Source of the DNA: Candidatus Zixiibacteriota bacterium
Lineage (GTDB): Bacteria; Zixibacteria; MSB-5A5; CAIYYT01
DNA: 13,027 nucleotides
Reading direction: 5' to 3'
Assembly (NCBI GenBank): GCA_040235515.1
Contig: JBECKX010000028.1
Coordinates: 1 to 13,027 of the forward strand
Shown here one piece after another: positions 6,784 through 13,027 of the stretch. Position numbers and translations under genes: made by a program. Every line of letters begins with the position of its first letter. Position 1 is the stretch's first letter. The notes under the pieces were generated by a model, which searched no databases, was not told where the DNA came from, and saw only the letters and a program-made list of their open reading frames with translations.

Positions 6784-8826
6784 TCAGTTGTCGAATGCCC
6801 AATTGAAGCCCCACCAAATCGAGCGGCCGGGCTGTTGCACGCCATTGAGTGTGTAACTGAGATCGAATACGTTGGTGAAGTTAAAGAAGAAGTGGAACTT
6901 TTTCAAATCAAAACTGAGGTAGGTGTCGGTGATAAAAACCGCATCCTCCCCACTACCGGGATCGTAGCCGTTTGCGTCTGACCGAAATCTGCCGCCCGCC
7001 CCCGCAGTGATGTCAACTTTGACGGAAGTAATCGGAAGCAGATACCAGCCGATGATTGACCCGGTGGTCGCCGGACCGGCGGTGTAATCCAGATCATCCC
7101 CTTCGACATGCCGGGCTCCAACAGAGGCGTCGAAGCGGAGGCGGCTCGAGAGGCGCATACGGGTTTGCAGCGACGCAAAAGTGACTTCCCGGTCCAGTTC
7201 GGTTGCCTGATAGGTCCCATTCTTGAGCGAGTCATAGTCAGCGGTCCAGGCAGCGACATCACCGAGGGTGGCGAAACCACCGCGAGCCTGCAGGCTGAGA
7301 GCTTCCGAATTCCAGTTGAAGATCGCCTCAATGCTTTCGACCGTTCCGATCTCCAGTTCCTGGTCGGCAACGAGCCGGTAGTCAATCAGGGTATCGCCGT
7401 CAAATGAAGCAGCTACCGGATCGAGGTACTGCATTTCCGGCTGGGGCAACACTGCGCTATGGCTGACCAGCCCCGAGAAGCTGGCGTTATCGCTCAGGGC
7501 GAAGCGCAACGCCCCCGAGAGAGCGGGATCAGGCTTGAGTTCCTCCGAGCCGCGGAGTGCGCCGTAGCCATAGAGCTGGACTCGATCGGTAGCTCTGAAG
7601 AGTGTGCTGCCATAGAGATTGTAGTAGATCGTGCTAACGGAATTGGGGTGCTGGCTGAAACGGAGGAAGCGGAGGTCGCCACCAATCGTAATCAGCTGGT
7701 TGCCAACTGCACGCTGGTGGGAAGCGCTGCCCTCCAGCACGCGGAAGCGTTGAGCTGTCTTCAGGGTGCCGCTATCAAACTTCTGGTCATCATTCTTATA
7801 GGTGAGTCGCGCCGAGTAGCTGGCAGCGTCCGATTGATAGTAAGTGGCATCGAGTGCGAGGATGTTGTAGTTGTCGGAGAGGTAGCCGTGATAGTTGTAG
7901 TTGTCGGGGAAGAAGATGCGGCTGCCTTTCAGACGATTGAGTGAATAGAGCATGGACAGGTGGAGATTTGCACCCACGCTCGGCTCGACGATGAGCCGCA
8001 GCCTGTCGAGTTTACTGTTGGAGTTGAAAAGGAGTCCGTTGGTTTTCTGGAAGGTGCCGTCCGCATTGACATTACCGAGCGAGCCGAAGTAGTTCTGAAA
8101 AGTGAAGGTCGTGTTGGAAAAGGAACCGCGACCTCTGGTCACGAACACCCTGGTATGAGCGGTATCACTGTCGGCGAGGTGTCGCTGCTGATAGACAGAG
8201 AGTGCCCGGCCGAAGGGGGAATAGACAGTGCTCAGCGCGGGTGTAAGGAAATAGTAGCTGTCGGCATAGTCTGACCTGATAAACTGTTCCGAACCGGGGA
8301 TCGGCACCGGGTTGGCGAATGAGTGATCCCCTACCAGGTTGTCGCTCCTCGATAGATATGAGGGGGAGAGGCCCAGCGGATAGAATGTCTCGAAGTCTCC
8401 CCACATTCCCACCGAAAGTCGATAGAGATGCGGATCAAACTGCCAGCGTGATGTGAGTTGCGCGAGATCGGGGTATGAGGCTTGCGCTTGCCGGCGATCG
8501 TAGAGCAGAACCAGCAGAGAGTCAGTGGTTGACGTGAGGCGCTGATGAACCACCTGCGCCGTTGTGGAGTCGCTGGTAGCCTTGCTGTCGGAATCTGCAG
8601 ATGGTGTTGGTTGTTTTGTCGTTCCTGGCTGTAACGGTTTGTTTGCCAGCGAGTCTGAGTCTGATTCTGTGCCTATCGTCTGAAGCAAGTTGCTGGAGTC
8701 GGGCTGAACGGCGGTCGAGTCACTCCCGGGTTTGGTGTCACCACTCTGCGACAAGAGCGGTGCTGCCATCACGATGGTGAGGAGAGCGCAGAAGAGGATG
8801 ATTATCGCGAGTGAATTCGGCCTCAA
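6784..8826 (-). CDS. Outer-membrane beta-barrel protein (putative porin / TonB-dependent-receptor-like)
   Basis: Signal peptide, S/T/D/P-rich linker, many amphipathic strands, and C-terminus FNFTNVFD...PGRSIWWGFNWAFDN resembling TBDR / putative-porin last strands. TTG start. Confidence 0.75.
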   Translation of the reverse strand: MRPNSLAIIILFCALLTIVMAAPLLSQSGDTKPGSDSTAVQPDSSNLLQTIGTESDSDSLANKPLQPGTTKQPTPSADSDSKATSDSTTAQVVHQRLTSTTDSLLVLLYDRRQAQASYPDLAQLTSRWQFDPHLYRLSVGMWGDFETFYPLGLSPSYLSRSDNLVGDHSFANPVPIPGSEQFIRSDYADSYYFLTPALSTVYSPFGRALSVYQQRHLADSDTAHTRVFVTRGRGSFSNTTFTFQNYFGSLGNVNADGTFQKTNGLLFNSNSKLDRLRLIVEPSVGANLHLSMLYSLNRLKGSRIFFPDNYNYHGYLSDNYNILALDATYYQSDAASYSARLTYKNDDQKFDSGTLKTAQRFRVLEGSASHQRAVGNQLITIGGDLRFLRFSQHPNSVSTIYYNLYGSTLFRATDRVQLYGYGALRGSEELKPDPALSGALRFALSDNASFSGLVSHSAVLPQPEMQYLDPVAASFDGDTLIDYRLVADQELEIGTVESIEAIFNWNSEALSLQARGGFATLGDVAAWTADYDSLKNGTYQATELDREVTFASLQTRMRLSSRLRFDASVGARHVEGDDLDYTAGPATTGSIIGWYLLPITSVKVDITAGAGGRFRSDANGYDPGSGEDAVFITDTYLSFDLKKFHFFFNFTNVFDLSYTLNGVQQPGRSIWWGFNWAFDN

Positions 8827-8885
8827 GAGTGAACTGCCTGCTTCGGAATTGCGGTTGACTCCCTACAGTTGAGAGCGCCAGATGG

Positions 8886-9407
8886 TTATTCGGTTCGAAT
8901 GATATTGACTTTTTTCAGTTTGGCAAGAATCGGAAAGAGGATCACGAAGAAGAGCAGGTTCCCGACAATGGTCACGACGGAGAAGGCTGCGGAAGCTGCG
9001 AGCCTGGCCCAGAAGGGGCGGAATATGAGGGCGTCGATGATTGAGACCGGCAGTTGATAGATGATGGCGGTCACGACACCGAGCAGTCCGAGCCAGATCA
9101 GGTAGGGCAAGTGAGATTTGCGAGTGAGCAGCGGGGCGAGCAAGCCGCCGGCGAGTCCGATCGTGGCGTAGGAGAACACCTGGGCAATCAGGATCGGGAG
9201 CTGGACAACGCCGTAGGGATTGAGGAGTGAAATCAGGAGCGAACCGATCACTCCAACCAGGATTCCACCGCGGTTGCCGAGGTAGAACCCCGAATAGAAG
9301 ACGAGCAGAATCGAGAGCGTGACGTTCGGGATCGCGAGCAACAGGAAAGAACTGATGTAGGTCAGGGCCGCGAGTACGCCGACTGCTGCGATCAGTCGCG
9401 GATTCAT
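8886..9407 (-). CDS. ECF transporter S-component (CbrT-like)
   Basis: About 173 aa, 5-6 TM helices, GVLAAL first helix, IPNV loop, G-x3-G-x3-G, NPYG and AQ motifs. Start 9407, 9449 or 9455. Confidence 0.78.
   Translation of the reverse strand: MNPRLIAAVGVLAALTYISSFLLLAIPNVTLSILLVFYSGFYLGNRGGILVGVIGSLLISLLNPYGVVQLPILIAQVFSYATIGLAGGLLAPLLTRKSHLPYLIWLGLLGVVTAIIYQLPVSIIDALIFRPFWARLAASAAFSVVTIVGNLLFFVILFPILAKLKKVNIIRTE
8899..8926 (-). promoter_or_regulatory. Possible internal sigma70 promoter for the OM barrel gene
   Basis: TTGCCA (8926-8921), 16 bp A-rich spacer, TATCAT (8904-8899), inside the 3' end of the S-component gene. Confidence 0.4.
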
Positions 9408-9458
9408 CCGAGTTCCGGGATTGAGGCTAGCGCTTCCGAGGGAGAGCATCGCCACACA

Positions 9459-11333
9459 TCAGAGCACCAGTATCTTATGGTGAGAGACGTCGTCACCGAT
9501 TCGCACCTGCAGGATGTAGATACCGGAGGCGACTTCCTCGCCATCGTCGTTGCGTCCATCCCAGATCAGGGAGCGTTCGCCATCCCCCGGGCTCAGTTCA
9601 TACGATCGGGTGTATACGGCCTCGCCTGCAACGTTGAAGAACGCGATCTCGACATCCTGAAGGTCGCTCACCTGCACGAACACCGTGAATGGAGTCGTGG
9701 CGGCCTCCGATAGCCTGAACTTGCTGGGGCCATAACGCACTTGATCATCGAGTGCGGAGATCGATGAATCGGCCACGATGAACTGGTAGGCGAAACTGCT
9801 TTGTTCGAGTCGTGCCGCTTCGGGATTGGCGATTGTCGGGATCACCAGGATATCGGTCAATCCGGTGAGGTTGGTGATATTGATCGGTTCTTTGTTGGCA
9901 TAGATCGTTCCCGGGTTCCAGATCGGTTTATTGGTATTGAAGCGATCGTAACCGAGCACGGAGATGCGCCAGTCAATCGGTGGGTTTGCGCTCACCACAC
10001 CTGTAAACGCCATACCGAACGTGGAGTCGAGGCTGGCGGTGCGGAAATCGTGATAGTTGGCGCCCAACTGCGATGGCGGGAAGGCGTTGTCCCTGCTCTG
10101 CTGAGCTGTGATGGGGTATTGAGTCCACTCATGGATATAGGCCCGCTGCAGCGTTCCGAGCGTTCGCGGAATCTCGCTGTAATTGGCGGCTTCCTGAAAA
10201 CCGAAGCCTGCGCGTGCCCGCGAGCCGGTAAAATAGAGCCACTGAGTATACTCGACCCAGACATCCTTGAACGAAGCGGTGCCATTGCTTACTTCAGTGA
10301 TAGCGTCCTGGATCGCGGAGATGAAGAAATTCTCATACGGGACAGCAGCGCAATTCTCCCAGGCGATCCTGTTAACATCGGGACCAAACTTCTCGGAGAG
10401 AAACAGCGGGAAGAGACAGGCACCGTAAATGCTCAGCCCGGAGTTATCGATAAACTGGGGTGACTTATGGACGAAGGCCATATAGGATGGGAGATAGTAG
10501 TAATAGTCGTTGATGTAGTCGTAGGTTGCCTCTTCCATCCAGGTGGCGTGCATTTCGAACCAGTAGACGTCCTCAGCCTGGGTGTCCCCCGGTCCATCGA
10601 GATACTCAGAGGCATCATAGGTCAGATGCAGCGCGTGTGTGAATTCATGAGCCAGCGTAACGCGCAAGGCATCAAGGGGTCGATCACTGTAGCCCTGGTA
10701 ATTTTCGTAGTGATTGTCCAGTTCCAGCCACGAAGATTGCGAGCGCAGCGTTGTCGGGTCGTTCCAGGTGATTCCGTAGTATGAGGGGTCCAGGTCATCG
10801 ATATAGATGTCGTAGCGCGAATCGCCGCCGAGGGTTTCATCGCTCCTGGGCTCGATGTACCCCAATTGATCGATGTGATGTTCCCAGACAGAGTCGGCGA
10901 TCATCGCCGTGATATCGACGTAGTCGGGGACTCCGTTGAGATTGTGATCGCCATAACTTTCATCGATAGCATCGCGATCGCCTGCCCGGGTGGTGTAATG
11001 AATCTTGAAGTAACCGCCGGGTGAATCGAAGGTTTCCGGGAAGTCTGAGTCTGATGGCCGTACGGCGATATCGTCGTAGCCGGCGATCTTGCCGTAGCGT
11101 TCGCGCAGCGCTTCCAATTGAAGCACCGCCGGAAAACCGCATTTGCCTCGGTGGAGGTTCATTTCGGACGGATCATCCCCCAGGCTGGTGGCAAGCTGCG
11201 TGTATTGGTCAAATAGATTTCGGATTAGCTCAGAGCGGTGGGGTTTCTCGGTCGCTTGTGCAAAGAGCGAGGTTTGCGGGGCCAGCACAAAACCGATCGA
11301 GAGATTCAAGAGCAGGACGCATAAGAGTCTCAC
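9459..11333 (-). CDS. Secreted zinc metalloprotease (MXAN_6640-like gluzincin) with C-terminal FlgD-Ig-like domain
   Basis: Signal peptide; KCG; FKIHYT; NGVPDYV; AHEFTHALH followed by WFEMHATWMEE; C-terminal LIWDGRNDDGEEVASGIYILQV. GTG start overlaps the PHP stop (GTGA), AAGGAG SD. Confidence 0.85.
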   Translation of the reverse strand: MRLLCVLLLNLSIGFVLAPQTSLFAQATEKPHRSELIRNLFDQYTQLATSLGDDPSEMNLHRGKCGFPAVLQLEALRERYGKIAGYDDIAVRPSDSDFPETFDSPGGYFKIHYTTRAGDRDAIDESYGDHNLNGVPDYVDITAMIADSVWEHHIDQLGYIEPRSDETLGGDSRYDIYIDDLDPSYYGITWNDPTTLRSQSSWLELDNHYENYQGYSDRPLDALRVTLAHEFTHALHLTYDASEYLDGPGDTQAEDVYWFEMHATWMEEATYDYINDYYYYLPSYMAFVHKSPQFIDNSGLSIYGACLFPLFLSEKFGPDVNRIAWENCAAVPYENFFISAIQDAITEVSNGTASFKDVWVEYTQWLYFTGSRARAGFGFQEAANYSEIPRTLGTLQRAYIHEWTQYPITAQQSRDNAFPPSQLGANYHDFRTASLDSTFGMAFTGVVSANPPIDWRISVLGYDRFNTNKPIWNPGTIYANKEPINITNLTGLTDILVIPTIANPEAARLEQSSFAYQFIVADSSISALDDQVRYGPSKFRLSEAATTPFTVFVQVSDLQDVEIAFFNVAGEAVYTRSYELSPGDGERSLIWDGRNDDGEEVASGIYILQVRIGDDVSHHKILVL

Positions 11334-12175
11334 TGTAACTCCTTCTCACGAGGTGTTCTTGTCGCAATGTATTCTTTCATCGTTTGCAAGACTGCATACG
11401 GTACCCTCTGATTTCCTAATTCTGCTTTTGGATCATTGCGGCCATGCCAATCGGAACCGCCGGAGATCAACAACCCGAGCTTTTCAGCGATCCGTTTGTA
11501 GTGACGAACCTGTCCTGAAGTGTGTTTACTATGATACACTTCAATTCCGTCGAGGCCCATATCTTTTAGATCCTCAATGATGTTGTCCATGCGCACGGTA
11601 CCGGGGTGGGCCATCACGGCGATTCCGCCCGCGTCGTGCACGAGGTTGATGGCATCCTGCGGGTCGAAGAACGTCTTCGGGACGTAAGCCGGGGCATGAT
11701 AGCCGAGATAGCGGCTGAAAGCTTCATCGAACGTATGGACCAACTCCTCATTGACCATAGCATCGGCCACATGAACGCGACCGATGGCGCCCTCCCCCGC
11801 CACTCGCCTGACGGTGTCGAGGCGCAGATCAAGTCCCAGTTCGTTGAGCTTGCGCACTATTTCGATGCCGCGCTTGAGGCGTTCGGCCTGGTAGAAATCC
11901 ACTTTCTCGGCCAGCGGTGGATACTTGTGGTCAATCAAGTAAGCGAGCATGTGGACGTCGCGATCATTGTAGCTGCACGAAAGTTCTATGCCGGTAATGA
12001 TCTCAAGATCCCCGGCCACGGCGAGTGCCGGATCGATGGCGTCGAACGCGTCATGATCGGTAATTGACAATGCCACCAATCCGCGTTCCTTCGCCAGGGC
12101 CACGGTTTCTTCCGGGGATAGTTGGCCATCCGAGAAATTGGTATGGCAATGGAGATCAATAAAGCCGTCAGTCAT
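11330..12175 (-). CDS. PHP-domain metal-dependent phosphoesterase (TrpH/YciV-like)
   Basis: DLHCHTNFSDG, ITDHD, GIELS, AHP and GGSDWHG motifs; ATGA overlap with the upstream gene. Confidence 0.93.
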   Translation of the reverse strand: MTDGFIDLHCHTNFSDGQLSPEETVALAKERGLVALSITDHDAFDAIDPALAVAGDLEIITGIELSCSYNDRDVHMLAYLIDHKYPPLAEKVDFYQAERLKRGIEIVRKLNELGLDLRLDTVRRVAGEGAIGRVHVADAMVNEELVHTFDEAFSRYLGYHAPAYVPKTFFDPQDAINLVHDAGGIAVMAHPGTVRMDNIIEDLKDMGLDGIEVYHSKHTSGQVRHYKRIAEKLGLLISGGSDWHGRNDPKAELGNQRVPYAVLQTMKEYIATRTPREKELQ

Positions 12176-13027
12176 CCTATCTTCTCAACCACAATCTCGC
12201 GTGCCTGTTTCGCCAATTCTTCCGCTTTTTTCAGGATTTCATCCGCTTCTGTTTTGATTCTATCAGAAGTTGATTTGTCCGCTATACCGGGCAGGTTGAT
12301 CTTTACGTTGTACCAGGCTCCCTGGACCCCAGCGTGCGCCATCAGGGCACCGACACCAGCGTCACTCACTGAGTTGACGTTACCAACCTTCGCGACCTCG
12401 ATGGCGAGTTCAAGAGCGCGGAGCGATTTTTTCATCACCGTGAGTGGTATCTCGGTTGCCTTAATCGTGGCTTTCTGCATCGCTTCGTTACGTGCTTTGT
12501 CGAGGGCTTCATCGCCTTTGGGCATCTTCATGGCAGCCATAACATCGTCGAAGGCGGCGGCATCTTTCGCGACCAGTTCGGTCAGTTCGTCACGCAACGA
12601 GTCAGCCTCTTTGAGAATCTCAGAGACCTTGTCTTTGACATCTTCGTACTTCTTTTTCCCGATGGTCAAGCGGCATACCATCGCCGCGAGAGCGCCGGCC
12701 AGAGACCCGGCGGCAGCCGAGACTGACCCGCCGCCCGGCGCGGGTGTCGATGCAGCGACGCTATCGACGAATGATTTGAGTCCACCGCGTTCCCCCTCCT
12801 GCTCGAGCGATTTGCGCAGCCGTTCTTCCAGCACCTGTTCTTTGTGAAAGCCCTCGAGCATCAGGTACCAGCGAGCGGAATAGACCAGTGCGTCGTTCGG
12901 CACCAATCCAACGATTTCAGTGGAAGTGACCTGCGTGCCCCAGCGCGCGGCTTCAGACTTGATCGTTTCCAGAACGCGATAGAGCGGCGTTTCCAGGTAG
13001 TTGACCATATTCATGGAGACCTGGACG
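12172..13027 (-). CDS. ftcD: Bifunctional glutamate formiminotransferase / formiminotetrahydrofolate cyclodeaminase (5' part outside the window)
   Basis: The frame stays open past 13014 (VQVSMNM). QVSMNMVNYLETPLYRV...EIVGLVP is the formiminotransferase C-terminus; STPAPGGGSVSA, GNVNSVSDAGVGA and NVKINL are cyclodeaminase motifs. Confidence 0.93.
   Translation of the reverse strand, partial: VQVSMNMVNYLETPLYRVLETIKSEAARWGTQVTSTEIVGLVPNDALVYSARWYLMLEGFHKEQVLEERLRKSLEQEGERGGLKSFVDSVAASTPAPGGGSVSAAAGSLAGALAAMVCRLTIGKKKYEDVKDKVSEILKEADSLRDELTELVAKDAAAFDDVMAAMKMPKGDEALDKARNEAMQKATIKATEIPLTVMKKSLRALELAIEVAKVGNVNSVSDAGVGALMAHAGVQGAWYNVKINLPGIADKSTSDRIKTEADEILKKAEELAKQAREIVVEKIG

Noticed and set aside
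8827..8885. Cobalamin or THF riboswitch before the barrel gene
   Set aside because: The gap is only 59 bp and I see no B12-box or THF aptamer features.
9801..12847. Several long plus-strand ORFs (220, 145, 153 and 241 aa)
   Set aside because: All lie antisense to well-supported genes and have shadow-ORF composition.

Overview
Bacterial chromosomal window, moderately GC-rich and almost entirely coding, with 14 CDS (13 on the minus strand). A tightly packed minus-strand run enters from the right: a fused glutamate formiminotransferase-cyclodeaminase (partial), PHP hydrolase, secreted HExxH metalloprotease with a FlgD-Ig tail, CbrT-like ECF S-component, outer-membrane beta-barrel, HD hydrolase and MFS transporter. 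It is followed by an M23 peptidase with a C-terminal dockerin, an AhpD-like protein and a membrane protein. At the left end a CPBP/CAAX protease sits divergent from a two-gene regulatory pair (a sigma-region-4-only protein with a C2H2-type Zn clasp, plus a ribbon-helix-helix protein), and a response regulator runs off the edge. The dockerin style and FlgD-Ig tail suggest an FCB-group diderm, probably Zixibacteria (inference). I saw no rRNA, tRNA, CRISPR array or mobile element. Best candidates for novelty: the sigma4-Zn/RHH cassette with an SD-occluding hairpin, the lone S-component beside an OM barrel, the dockerin-tagged M23 peptidase, and apparently leaderless promoters. All calls are by-eye motif recognition; no searches were run.
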